Assembly (NCBI RefSeq): GCF_018350175.1
Contig: NC_058381.1
Coordinates: 18,352,001-18,416,000, forward strand
Origin: Felis catus
Lineage: Eukaryota
Reading direction: 5' to 3'
Length of the DNA stretch: 64,000 nucleotides
The notes beneath the pieces are model-generated. The model saw only the letters and a program-made list of their open reading frames with translations. It searched no databases and was not told the origin of the DNA. Below are positions 52,301 to 63,852 of this stretch, in pieces; within the stretch, counting starts at the first letter, position 1, and the number at the start of each line of letters is the position of its first letter. A program made the translations under genes and the position numbers.

Positions 52301-54009
52301 CAGTATTAAAGGGACTCATCACGCCAAACACTAAGCAGGCAGCCTGCCCGAGTTTTGTTGGCCACACAGACTCTGAAAACCACAGACAAGGCTCCTTTCT
52401 TCAAGGCAACTAATGGCTGGTGCAGAGCGGTGGCGACCTGCTGAGAAAGCGGGTGCTACCTGGGTCTGTGTGGCAGGCCGAGTAACAGCCCCCAAAGCTC
52501 CTAGTCTCTGGAAGCTCTGAACGTAACCTTATAGGGCCAAAGAGACTTTGCAGATGTGATTAAGGTAAGGGTTTTGAGTCTTGAGACGGGAGGTTATGCT
52601 GACTACCTGGTCGGCTCTAAACGTAACCACAAGTGTCTGTATAAAAGTGGGGCAGAGGGAGACTGGATTACAGAAGAGAAGGCGGCCAAATGATGACAGA
52701 AGCAGAGACTGAAGTGATAGGGCCACAAGCCAAGGAACACTGGAGCCACCAGACTGGAAGAGGCAAGGAACAGATTCTCCCCTAGGACCTTCAAAGATTC
52801 CCCTAGGCCTGCGAGATTCGTTTTCATCTTCTGACCTCCCAAACTGTAAGAGAACAAATGTTTAAAGCCATCATGTTTCTGGTAATTTGTCACAGCGGCA
52901 ACGGGAAACTAATATACCCTGTATGTGTGCGCTTGTGACTCTCCTCCCAGAAACCACAAGGCCCACACAGTTTTGCATACCCCGTGGTATACCCCAGGGG
53001 TTCAGGGACCTCAGGTGAAGCACCGCCCCCCCCCCCACCCCCGCTCTGCAGAGAAAAAGCATCTAAAGGGAAACAGGTAGACAAGTCAGTCTTGCCCACA
53101 GTCCTGCACACAATGTGGAGAAGCACCGAACTGAGGACAGGAGCTCCCCGGGAGAAGGTTACAGGGTCCAGAGGTGAAAGGACCAGGTAAAATAAAACGG
53201 TGGCTCTGAAGACACGAAAAGCATTAAAGCAAACTTTGGGGTAAAGGATACTCATTAACAACGAGGAAATGGGGGCTTCTCGCCTCTATTTCTAGTCAGG
53301 TGATCATTCTTACTCGAACCTAATTAAAAGGGCTGATTTGAAAAGGTGTCGTTAATTTACTTATGAGCTTTCGAAGTCGCTGGATCCTAAGACCGAGGCA
53401 ATGACCATCCGTGAATGCCCTGTGTTATGGGTCTAATGCTACTTGCACTATTGCTTTGGGATTAGACGTTATTTTAAAGCTCTTTCAAAGAACACACAAA
53501 TCCAACACGTGATTGAGACACTGGTTCATCCAGGCTACTTCCCTCAAATACAAGTGACCAGAGGTGGGGTGTTGAGAGCCTTACGCATACCCAGGGAAGA
53601 ACTGTCTTTAAAAGGACCAAAGTGTCTGCCCCAAGCAGCTTGGGATAACGGTCCGGACCATCGAAAACCCCAAGCAAGACGTCGAGATGAAGGGTGAGGA
53701 GAGGCTGGGGCACGGGCAGGACCTAAGAAGGGAGGGAGGGAGGGAGGGAGGGAAAGGGGGGCAGAACCCTGGCTGGGCGGCGAGCGGGGGAGGGGAGGTC
53801 TTGGGGACGCCGGGGAACGATTGCAATGCGCGGAGGGGACCCAAACTCAGCGACCGGCCGTCTGGACCGACCGTCGCCCTCACCTCGACGGGGTAGAGTT
53901 CGCGCGGCAACACCACCTGCAGGTCCAAGAGCAGAGTGATGGGGACATGGGAGAGGAAGTAGAGGCCCAGTAGCCACTCCAGACCGCGCCGGACGCCCAG
54001 AGCCCCCAT
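46774..54009 (-). CDS. TMEM97: TMEM97 / sigma-2 receptor (EXPERA domain), 3 exons, 176 aa
   Basis: Exons (minus) 54009-53884, 48226-48082, 47033-46774 (531 nt). [31 protein letters not shown]...[20 protein letters not shown]...[11 protein letters not shown] (C-terminal dilysine ER-retrieval signal). Confidence 0.97.
47270..47458 (+). mobile_element. Can-SINE with internal deletion, TMEM97 intron 2
   Basis: Head intact; TSD AAAACTCTAG. Confidence 0.85.
48849..49312 (+). mobile_element. Two head-to-tail Can-SINEs (48849-49080, 49093-49312)
   Basis: Two GGGGCGCCTGGGTGGC heads and two poly(A) tails; AAAAGATGCAGA repeated three times. Confidence 0.9.
49984..50208 (+). mobile_element. Feline-type Can-SINE
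   Basis: Full body; TSD AAAAATATTGG. Confidence 0.9.
50746..50952 (-). mobile_element. Can-SINE
   Basis: Full reverse body; TSD TATACCTGAC. Confidence 0.9.
51066..51276 (-). mobile_element. Can-SINE
   Basis: Reverse body ending GAGCCTCCCAGGCACCCC. Confidence 0.85.
52016..52246 (+). mobile_element. Young feline SINE with perfect 18-bp TSD
   Basis: CpG-rich near-consensus body; TSD AAGAAAGCACCAGCTGTT at 51998-52015 and 52246-52263. Confidence 0.93.
52469..52917 (+). mobile_element. MaLR (MLT1-type) solo LTR in TMEM97 intron 1
   Basis: Starts TGTGGCAGG; GACTTTGCAGATGTGATTAAGG, AGAGGCAAGGAACAGATTCTCCCCTAG and terminal GGAAACTAATA are MLT1-like motifs. Confidence 0.75.
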
Positions 54010-54620
54010 TATCGGTTGGTTGCGCCGGTGAGGAGCGGATGCCGCACTAGCCCGGAAAGCCGACGTGGGAAGTGGGCCCGACCCGCGCCGCGTCCCAGGA
54101 CTCCGCTCCCTGACCACCCGCCCCGCCCCCGGGAGGGCTACGTAGGCCACTCCCATTGGCTGGCTGCAAAGCCGCGGCGGGAGCGGCGCTCGCCGCAGGG
54201 CACGCCCATTGGCTCGTACAAGTATAGCGTGTAGAGGAGGTGCCACCCCAGACCATTTCCATTGGCCGTTGGGGGCGCCGCGTGGAATGGGGTGGGGTTC
54301 CTCGCTCGCCGCGTCGGGCTTGCGGCGTGCAGACTGAACTGGGAGCTCTGGGGCTGACGCCCGCCGGGCCTGGCTGCAGACTGCGTGGCGCGCTGTGGTC
54401 CCTTTCACCGAGTACTCCATTCATTCAGTGCAAAGGAGTAACGCTTACTGAGCGGCTCCTGTGTGCTGGGCCACGGGCGCTGGTGGAAGTGGAGCCCCTA
54501 ATACAGCCCAGCTGCCGCAGACCAGGGCCGGCCCCAGAGCGCGTTGTGATCCGCGCGGTGGTGCGACGTTCACGGGGAACACCCACAAGGTCCCAGCCCC
54601 GCCGAACCTGAGGGGCCTGG
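53750..54620 (-). promoter_or_regulatory. CpG island / TMEM97 promoter with GC boxes and three CCAAT boxes
   Basis: CCCCGCCCC at 54121; CCATTGGC with ATTGG at 54155, 54208, 54261; SRE-like GCCACCCCAG 54242-54251. Confidence 0.8.
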
Positions 54621-54762
54621 AAGCCTTCCGAAGGCTGCCTAGGGGAGAGCCAACTTCAATTAAGAAGCACAGGGATATAGCAAGAGGTTGGGCGGGTCTT
54701 GGCTGGGGCAGGGATTGGCTGTGATGAATGAGGGAGGATTTATTCATTCTGCAAATATATAT

Positions 54763-54961
54763 ATTTTTAATTCACTTATTTCTTTGGAGAGAAAGAGAGA
54801 GCACGCGCCCGATCATAAGTGGGACAGAGAGAATTCAAAGCAGGCTCCACACTGTCAGGGCAGAGCCGGATGCGGGGCTCACACTCCCCCAGCTCACCAA
54901 CAGCGAGATCGTGACCTGAGCCAAAGTCCGCCATTAACTGCCTAAGCCACCCAGGCGCCCC
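54763..54961 (-). mobile_element. Can-SINE
   Basis: Ends AGCCACCCAGGCGCCCC; flanked by TTCTGyAAATAT. Confidence 0.8.
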
Positions 54962-55840
54962 TGGTTCTGTAAATATTGATCTTTAACTGCCCGCTGGGCC
55001 CAGCCATTCACTGAATATCCCACCGACTGGGACACAGAAGTGAGCTGAAGAGAAGGTAATCGGCTTCTGGCTGCGTTGACACTGAGCAGTCTCCACAGCG
55101 TCTGAGTGGAGGAGTCTCGGGGGCAGTTGGATGAACCTGTCTGGATGCGTAGATAGTGGGGCATCCGCGTTTGATGGCGGTGGGTGTTGAGAGCAAAGGG
55201 CCTGTCTTAAGGGTGCTCCATCCTGGGAGGGGGTGGGGGTGGGTGAGGAGGGGGCTGAGATACAGGTGCACAACAGGAGGGTGATGTCCCAAACATGGTG
55301 GGGAGGAGGGTCAGCTGGGTCAGAGCAACACTGAATGGCCCCTGCGGTGGCCCTGTGAGAGAGCACAGGTGTGGTGGAGGCAGGGGGCACGTGACAGCAG
55401 GACAGGGAGTAAGGAGGTGGGGAAGGGAGGCAGGGAGTGTAGACCTCCGGTTAGGAAGGAGAGGAGAGAGAGGGGGCAGTGGCTGGAGGGAGATGAGCTC
55501 CAGAGATGGCCTACGTATTTCTCAGATTGACTAGAACGCTTTTCACTTACTTAGATGCTGTTGGAGGTTTCCGGGCGAGGGAGGAAGGTTGTCCTTGCAG
55601 GAGGGAAGAGAGCAGGAAGTGTGGCTCAAGGCCCCTGAGGAGCTGGAGAGAATGGAAGGGTTAGGGTTAAGTCAGAGGAGCTCTGTGCTCCCCAGGACGG
55701 GCCCCTTGGCACTAGAACAGAGAGATTGGTGGCAGTGTAGAGGGCCCAGCTGAGGTGGGTGGCCAACGATCTGGAGGCCCAATCTCCGAGGCTGTGTGCT
55801 TTTCTCCAGGGTGGGGTCTCCTCAGCAAAAAGGCTGTTGA

Positions 55841-56305
55841 GGGTGCCTGGGTGGTTCAGGCTGTTGAGCGTGTGACTCTTGATTTCTGCTCAAGTCCTGA
55901 TCCCAGAGTCATGGGATTGAGCCCTGTGTCAGGCTCTGTACTGATCGTGGAGCCTGCTTGAGATTTTCTCTGTTTCTCAAAAAAAAAAAAAAAAAAATTG
56001 TTTTTTTCTCTACTTTTGCCCCTCTCCCCTGCTTATGAGCATTCTCTCTCTCTTTCTCTCTCTGTCTAATAAAAAAAGAAAAAAGGCTGTTGACTCCTCT
56101 AGGGCCGAGGTTCGGAAAGACATCGGTGAGGAGTGGCTCAGTCGGTGAAGCCACTGACTCTTGATCTCGGCTCAGGTCACGATCTCATGGTTTGTGAGAT
56201 CGAGCCCCGCATTGGGGGCTGTGTGCTGAGAGCGCACAGAGCCCCGTTGGGATTCTCTCTCTCCTCTCTCTCTCTCCCCCTCCCCCACCAAATAAACTTC
56301 AAAAA
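55841..56305 (+). mobile_element. Two Can-SINEs (55841-56083 with internal poly(A); 56128-56305)
   Basis: SINE heads; first has TSD AAAAAGGCTGTTGA. Confidence 0.8.
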
Positions 56306-58232
56306 GAGTTAAAAGAAACACACTGGTGATTTTGAGACGTTGGATGAGAAGGGTGGATTGAAGAGGCGGAACATGCGTCTCAAGTTGGATGGGGAGGAAG
56401 CCCCGTGGGCCAGAGGGGCTGGCAGCCTGGGAGAAGGCGGAGAAGGGAATGAACGTGAGGCCGAGGAGGCAGTGCTGGCAGGGTGGGAGTCACCGGATGA
56501 AGAGGCCAGAAGGTTGGGAAATTATGACAGGGGGGCACGATGTCCGAATTCCTGGGGTTGGGAAGAGGTTCTGTGCAGGGGGAGGTGTGAGCCGAAATGG
56601 AGAGGAGGGGAAGGTGTTTGGAGATGGAGTCAAGGGACAGAGAGCCCAAGGTGCTGGATGGATGGACGGTGAAGACCACCTGGGATGGGGGTGAGAAGGC
56701 TGGGGAGACTGTTGCCAAGGTAGAGTCAGGAGAGCACCCAGGAGGAGGTGGGCATGGGCCAAGGCATGGCTCAAACCTCACAGAGCGGAGGTTGTGGCCT
56801 TGGGGAGCAGGGAGGCTGGTGTGTGAAAAAAAATGAACTGCCAACACGGGGGAGGGCTGTGGGGAAGCCGAGACCTTGGAGAGCAGGGAGTCAGGTGTCA
56901 GTTCCGGCAGGCGGTGAAGGCTGAGGGGTCTGGGAGGAGGGGTCTGGGCTCCGGACAGGAGGGGGTGTTTACTATGGAGGACAGTCAAGACCCGGCTGGA
57001 AGGGGAGCATAGCAGGGGAGGGAGGTGAAGGTTCCTTGTGGGGTGGCTTGAAGGCTGCCAGAACACAAAGTCCTGGCAGCCCAGGGCCTGTTGCGCAGGT
57101 GGAGCACTCCGGAGGGGCCTGGCAAGGTGTGCTCTGCCCCGCCCCCAAAGGTGGCTTCCAGGACAAGGCGGCCCCACTTAGGCTGTACTCCCCGCCGATT
57201 AGAACTGCTTGCTGGGGGGGCAGGGGAGAGTGTGTGTGCGCCACCCCCCCTCCCCTCCCCCGGGCTGGGATTTCCCCGGGAATGTGGTAAGCGTACAGCT
57301 GCTCATGAGAGTGTTTCTCAGAAAACCTCTCGCCCAGCCAAGTTTGTTATCTGTAGATAAAGACTTTCAAGGCCAAGCACTTTCCCCGCAGGGCTCTTCG
57401 GTCCAAAAAAAAAAAAAAAAAATCTCCTTGCAGCTGCTGTCTTCTGTTTGAAATTCCTTCAGTGGGGGGCACTGCCGCTCTAAACTGGAGGTCAGAGAAG
57501 TGGTAGGAGGCAGATTGGTCTGGGGAGGAGGGAGGACACGGCCGTCGATCAGCGGATTCCCTCACCCAAAGCAAAGAGTAAGTCAAAGAGTGGCTTAAGA
57601 AAAAAGAAAAAAAAGGGGGGGGTCTTGAGCTGTCACCCTGTCTTTCTGAGTGAGCAGTGGCAGTGGTCGTCAGCACCTTCTGAAAATCACTCGTATGGTG
57701 ATGAGACAAACACCGTTAGCCCAGCAGCGCCCCCGTGGTGGTGGGAGTGGAATTCTAGCGGGAGAGGCGCTCCGAGGAAGGGACCCCGCGGCTTTCCTTC
57801 CGGCGGCAACTGTAGAGTTCTCCGCTCTGGGTTCACTTTCCCATCTACTTAAAATGCACCCACACTTCCCCCAGCCCGGCATATTTGAAGGGCCGAAGGC
57901 CTTCTCCCCTGCTGGCCTCTATTTGGTGTCACCGCTGCCGGCTCTGAGCCTGCCTGTACCACTCTCGGTGACACGTCTGTTCCTTTCGCACCAGTGTTGA
58001 TCTGAGCGCATGTCTCCGCGCACCTTCGCTGCTAGGCTGTGGGTTCCGTATCTTCCTTTTACTGACGCAGAGCTGGAGTCCTTGTTGAGGGGACGACATA
58101 TGAAAGCGTCCTGCCGCATGGAGATTGTCACCTGCTAACGGAAAATGATGAGACCTGGAAAGCTATCGTGGCCGTAGAGTCAGCTGATGGCTTCACGCCT
58201 CAAAACCAAAACGTCCCTTAACAGGAGATTCT

Positions 58233-58450
58233 GGGGCGCCTGGGTGGCTCAGTTGGTTAAGCAGCCGATTCTTCTTTCGCCTCAGGTGATGGGCTCAGTT
58301 TTGTGAGTTCGAGCCCCGCGTTGGGCTCTGTGCTGACAGGGCGGAGCCTGCTTTGGATTCTGTGTCTTTCCCTCTCTTTCCCTGCCCCTCCCCTGCTCAC
58401 GTGCTGTCTCTGTCTCTCTCAAAATAAATAAACTTAAAAAAAAAAGAAAA
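58233..58450 (+). mobile_element. Can-SINE
   Basis: Full body with A tail; AGATTCT on both flanks. Confidence 0.88.
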
Positions 58451-58721
58451 CCAACTAAGATTCTACTGGTGCCAGAGGTGTAGCAAGGAGGCTGCGGAGG
58501 AGGTGGGGGGAGAGATTCAGAGTGATCTCTTGAGATCTGTAGGTTTCCCTGAGGCAGAAGGCATCCGGCCACCTGTTTGGAGTGATTACCTCCTTTTCAG
58601 GTCCAAGAACCTGTGAACTTGGGAGGAGGGGCAGAGCAGGTGGAGGCCAATTCACAAAGGCTTGGTTTAAAATGTGGCTATTTTGTTGTTCATAGATCTT
58701 TTTGCACTGATTTTGATTTAA

Positions 58722-58926
58722 TTTTTTTAATGTTTATTTTTGAGAGAGAGAGAGAGAGACTCAGAGGAGAGCACAAGCGGGGGCGGGGCAGAGAGGGAGG
58801 GAGACACAGAATCCGAAGGAGGCTCCGGGCTCTGAGCTGTCAGCACAGAGCCCGAACTCATGAACCGTGAGATCATGACCTGCGCCAAAGTTGGACGCTT
58901 CACCGACCGAGCCACCCAGGCTCCCT
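58722..58926 (-). mobile_element. Can-SINE
   Basis: Reverse body; TSD TGATTTTGATTT. Confidence 0.88.
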
Positions 58927-59464
58927 GTGATTTTGATTTTTTCAAAAAGATACTGCATTAAGGTATTATCTATCCCGATGGCTGAGTTCTTAGTACCCAG
59001 CAAACACTTTCTTTTTGCACCTTGGGGAGTGTCTCACTCACCTCACCCTAGTCCCAGCTCTGGCTGTCAGATAGGAGTGGAGCTAAGTTTGATTTGGGGA
59101 GGAAGGGTCAGGTTACTGAGTCTAGAAAGCTAAAATCCCATTAGGTTTGATGTCAGGGCCATAGAGAGAGACAGCGGGAGATCTTGAACAAGGCAGATAG
59201 GGATGATGTTTTAGGAAGATTCATCTGTTCCCAAATGTGCAAGGTAGACCGATGTGCAGGGAGGGCTGGAAGCAAGATCTGGAGTTTGTGTGACTAGATC
59301 ATGTGTTTCCAGAAGTGTAACAGTTAAAAAAGGAAAGAGCTGGCCATATTAGGGTCAGGCTATTTTCAAGATGTGTTTCAAATACATTTGATTGTGGGAG
59401 TAAAGGGCCCATGTAACAACAGAGTTAACATTTCTCACTTGTCGAGTGCCTACTGATCCTAGAG

Positions 59465-59683
59465 CAGGGGTTGGCGAACTTGTGTAAGTGGCCAGACAAT
59501 AAATATTTTAGGCTTTGTAGGCCATGCCACTTGTTATGTGAGAGCAACTACAGACAATACGTACATGAGCAAATGTGGCCATGTTCCAATAAAACCTTAT
59601 TTACAAAAATAGGCATTGGGGGGAAAAAAAAGCAGGAATTGGGCCTCGATTTGACCTGTGGTGGTTGTAGCTTACTGAATTCC
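59465..59683 (+). mobile_element. MER58-type hAT-Charlie DNA transposon remnant
   Basis: CAGGGGTTGGCGAAC start, AATATTTTAGGCTTTG and TTCCAATAAAACCTTATTTACAAAAA are MER58-like. Confidence 0.65.
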
Positions 59684-60179
59684 TACTCTCGGCCATTGGC
59701 AGCTTCGTGGTCAAAGCCAGGTGGCCATGGGTTCTAGTTAGTAAGTAGAAAGAAAGCATGGAGGGAGTACCTCCGTCACCTCAAGGCCTCGGCCTGGGAG
59801 TGGCACACATCTCTGGAGAAAATTTTGACATAGGCGCTCATTACCACCCAGGGCCTGGGAATGTAGTCTGGTCTTGCGCCCAGGAAGGAGAGATTTCAGC
59901 GGTCCACGAACAATGGTTGCCACAGGTTCCTTTAGGGGCAGTTTCAGAACCTTCATGGAAGGTATGTTCATGTACTCAGAGAAATTTTGATGAGTCCTTC
60001 ACTACATGGCAGGACCTACTTGGGGTCTGAAAGAAAAAGTCAAGTGTAAAAGGAATGAGAACATTAGGAAAGCAGTACTTCCTGAATACTAACAGAGTAA
60101 ACAGTCGGGAAAAAGGTCATCGGTAGATGGCACTGGATGAGTTTGTTGAGGAATCAGATGTGGCCTCTCGAAGCACCTT

Positions 60180-60700
60180 TCCATAGGTTGCTTCTTAATT
60201 ACAAAGGGAAAGGGCACTTTTACCACGGAGAGACCTGGCAGTGACAACCTTGATCAAACGATCGAACTTAGCATCACCCAAAATGGGACAAATGGTTACG
60301 CCTCCTGATTTGATGGAACGGGAAGTACACGTCACCTCTGTAATAGTCTTTCCAAAATTGCTTAAGCTGAATCTGATCATGAGGAAGCCCACCCAGCAAA
60401 ATCCAGATCTTTCTGGGACATTCTACGTGACAGTTGGCTTTGCACCTTCATACGTGCCAAATGCCACGAAAGAGAAAAGCGGAAGGTCTTTCCCATTAGA
60501 GGATGCTAAAAAGACCTGATGACCAAATGCAAGACGTGATCCTGGGCTAGATCCTCAATGGGGGAGGGGGGGGTGGAGGGGAAACCAGCTATAAATAAAA
60601 TTTCGAGGAGAATTAGAGAAATTGAACATGTCCCGGATATTAGGTGGAACACCAATTGTTAAATTTCTTAGGTATGATAGAATTGTAGTTATTTGGGATA
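60180..60700 (+). mobile_element. Old L1 (L1MC/ME-like) 3' fragment
   Basis: TTAATTACAAAGGGAAA, CTGAATCTGATCATGAGGAA and AAATGCAAGACGTGATCCTGG resemble ancient L1 3' UTRs. Confidence 0.5.
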
Positions 60701-60715
60701 ATGGCCTTGTTTTCT

Positions 60716-61294
60716 TTTTTTTTTTTTCTTTTTTTTTAATTCTTTTTTCAACGTTTATTTATTTTTGGGACAGAGAGAGACAGACCATGAACGGGCGAGG
60801 GGCAGAGAGAGAGGGAGACACAGAATCGGAAACAGGCTCCAGGCTCCGAGCCATCAGCCCAGAGCCCGACACGGGGCTCGAACTCACGGACCGCGAGATC
60901 GTGACCTGGCTGAAGTCCGACGCTTAACCGACTGCGCCACCCAGGCGCCCCAATGGCCTTGTTTTCTGAGATACATTAGGAGTGAAGTTTCATGGCGTTT
61001 CAGCAAAACTTAAAAAAATTTTTTTTAATGTTTGTTTTTGAGAGAGAGAGAGAGAGAGCTAGAGAGCGAGAGCGAGTGAGCACAAGCAGGGAGGGGCAGA
61101 GAGAAGAGGGAGACACAGAATCTGAAGCAGGCTCCAGGCTCTGAGCTGTCAGCACAGAGCCCGATGTGGGGCTCAAACTCACAAACTGCGAGATCATGAC
61201 CTGAGCCAAAGTCAGATGTTTAACTGAGCCACCCAAGTGCCCCTCAGCAAAAAACTTTAAAAAGTACATATATTTGTATACATAAATATACATG

Positions 61295-61332
<38 letters not shown>

Positions 61333-61625
61333 TATTTGTGTATAGATTAATAAATGTGGTGAATCTAGGCGAAGAGTATTTGGGTTTTCTTTCTTTCTTC
61401 TTCTTCTTTTTTTTTTTTTTTAACATTTATTTACTTATTTTGAGAGAAAGAGAAAGTGTGAGTGGGGTGGGAGGGTGCAGAGAGAGGGAGAGAGAGAATC
61501 CCAAGCAGGCTCCACACTGTCAGTGCAGAACCCGATGTGGGGCTTGAGTCCATAAACCATGAGATCATGACCTGAGCTGAAATCAAGAGTCAGATGCTTA
61601 ACTGACTGAGCCATCTAGGCACCCT
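60716..61625 (-). mobile_element. Cluster of three minus-strand Can-SINEs (60716-60951, 61018-61243, 61385-61625) with a (TA)n(CA)n microsatellite
   Basis: Three reverse bodies; first has TSD AATGGCCTTGTTTTCT (60700, 60952), third has TATTTGGGTTTTC. Confidence 0.88.
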
Positions 61626-61644
61626 TATTTGGGTTTTCATCATT

Positions 61645-61950
61645 CAGTTGACCCCTGAACGAGAGGTTAGGGGTGCTGACACCCCCCAGGCAGTTAAAAA
61701 TCTGTATAACTTATAACCCCCCACCAAATTAATAGGCTGCTGTTTGACTGAAAGCCTTACCTATAACATAGTCAATTAACATGTATTTTATATGTTCTAT
61801 GTATTATATACTGTATTCTTATAGAACACCTAGAGAAAAAAAATGCTAAGAAAAATCATAAGAGAAAATACATTAATAATATTGTTTTGTAATAAATCCA
61901 CGATAAGTGGACCTACACAGCTCAAACCCATATTGTTCAACAGTCAACTG
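61645..61950. mobile_element. Tigger2-like non-autonomous DNA transposon (MITE)
   Basis: Imperfect TIRs CAGTTGACCCCTGAAC ... GTTCAACAGTCAACTG, followed by TA. Confidence 0.75.
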
Positions 61951-61985
61951 TACTATTTCTTTCTACTTTTTAATAGGTTTGACAT

Positions 61986-62221
61986 CTTTCTTTCTTTTTC
62001 TTTTTTTTTTCTTTTTTTTTTTAACGTTTTATTTATTTTTGAGACAGGGAGAGACAGAGCATGAACGAGGGAGGAGCAGAGAGAAAGGTAGACACAGAAT
62101 CCAAAGAAGGCTCCAGTGTCTGAGCTGTCAGCACAGAGCCCGACGCGGGGCTCGAACTCACCAACCGCGAGATCATGACCTGATGTCGGCCGCTTAACCG
62201 ACTGAGCCACCCAGGTGCCCC
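61986..62221 (-). mobile_element. Can-SINE
   Basis: Reverse body; TSD GTTTGACATCTTTC. Confidence 0.88.
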
Positions 62222-62347
62222 AAGTTTGACATCTTTCAAAAGAAATAGTTCTTGCAGGACAGAGATAGCCAAGATTACCTGCCCCCCAAAATGAAAAAAA
62301 CAAAAAACAAAAGTTTTCCTTATTAAATGGCATCAGCATTTTTTTTC

Positions 62348-62587
62348 AAAAAAACAGATGAACATAAGGGAAGGGAAACAAAAATAATATAAAAACAGGG
62401 AGGGGGACAAAAGAGAAGAGACTCATAAATATGGAGAAAAAACAGGGTTACTGGAGGGGTCGTGGGAGGGGGGATGGGCTAAATGGGTAAGGGGCATTAA
62501 GGAATGTACTCCTGAAATCATTGTTTCACTATATGTTAACTAATTTGGATGTAAATTTTAAAAAATAAAAAATAAAATTAAAAAAAA
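62348..62587 (+). mobile_element. 5'-truncated carnivore L1 3' end
   Basis: G-rich tract GGGAGGGGGGATGGG, GGGCATTAAGGA, then AATAAA and an A tail. Confidence 0.7.
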
Positions 62588-62729
62588 CCCCACATAACTG
62601 GAAACTTCTCATTATTCTGTTTTGCCCTCAGGGGAGTAAAAAACAGGAAAGCTTTAGGTAGAATTTTTGGATTACAATGTTTTTCCAGAGGATGTTAAAC
62701 TTTATTATAAAATCCTAAGGGGAATACAT

Positions 62730-63700
62730 AAAAAAATTCTTAGAACTAATCAGTGAGTGCAGCCAGGTTGTGGGATAAATATCAATATACAAAAATCAGG
62801 GGCGCCTGGGTGGCTCAGTCGGTTAAGTGGCTGAGTTCGCCTCAGGTTATAATCTCACAGTTTGTGGGTTTGAGCCCTGCACTGGGCTCTTTGCAGACAG
62901 CTCGGAGCCTGGAGCCTGCTTTGGATTCTGTGTGTCTCTCTCTGCCCGTCCTCTGCTTGTGCTATCTCTCAAAAATAGATAAACGTTAAAAAAATTAAAA
63001 AATATATATACATACAAAAATCAATTATTTTATTTATTTATTTATTTATTTGAGAGAGAGAGACACAGTGAGAGAGAGAGCAAAAATCCCGAGCAGCCTC
63101 CACATTCAGAGCCCGACACGGGGCTCGATCCCACAACCCTGGGATCATGACCTGAGCTGAAATCAAGAGTTGGACGCTCAACCGACTGAGCCACCCAGGC
63201 GCCCCTCGATTGTATTTTTATATATTAGCAATGAACAATCTGAAAATGAAATTAAGAAAATTCCATCAAAAGTAACTATTTGGAAATACATTTAACAAAG
63301 GAAGTGCAAGACTTGTACACTGAAAACTACGAAACCTTGAAAGAACTGAAAGAAGAACTAAATAAATGGAGAGACATCTCATGTTCGTGGATTGAAAGAT
63401 TTAATATTGTGTACATGGCAAATTCCCCAAACTGATCCACAGATTCATGCAGTGCTTATCAAAATCTCATCTGGCCGCTGCAGAAATTAACAAGCTGATT
63501 CTAAAATTCATATGGAAATGCAAGGGATGCAGAAAGAGCCAAAATAGTCTTGCAAAAGAATAAAGTTGGGGGACTTCACACTTCCTGATTTCAAAACTTA
63601 ACTGCAAAGCTGCAGTAATCAAGACACCAGCGACGGCTATAAAGACAGACATATAGGTCAATGAAATAGAATTGAGAGTCCAGAAATGAGCCTTTAAAGT
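62730..63700 (+). mobile_element. Degenerate L1 ORF2 fragment interrupted by two tail-to-tail Can-SINEs (62799-63002 +, 63024-63205 -)
   Basis: L1 ORF2-like text (GAACTAAATAAATGGAGAGACATCTCATGTTCGTGGATTG; CTAAAATTCATATGGAA; GAATAGAATTGAGAGTCCAGAAAT) with stops. Confidence 0.8.
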
Positions 63701-63852
63701 TGCAATGAATTTATTTTATATCCTGAAACTGACTTTGTGACTTAGAAAAGAGACAAAATAAGTTATCTAATGATTGAACATCCATTTCTGGGACATCACA
63801 GCTTCATCTACGTATATTTTTAATTGTGGTAAGATATGCACAAATTTTAAAC

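Noticed and set aside
54010-54420. Long in-frame upstream extension of TMEM97 (ORF 53608-54420)
   Set aside because: Runs through the CCAAT/GC-box promoter; one ATG is simply part of CCAATGG; likely upstream of the TSS.
56380-57177. 265-aa minus-strand ORF
   Set aside because: Low-complexity Pro/Ser/Leu translation of G-rich, probably old repeat-derived DNA; no domain or splice support.
57724-57742. CTCF-like GCGCCCCCGTGGTGG
   Set aside because: Matches the GGGGGCGC half, but the CCACCA half is out of register by one base; cannot call without a PWM scan or ChIP.
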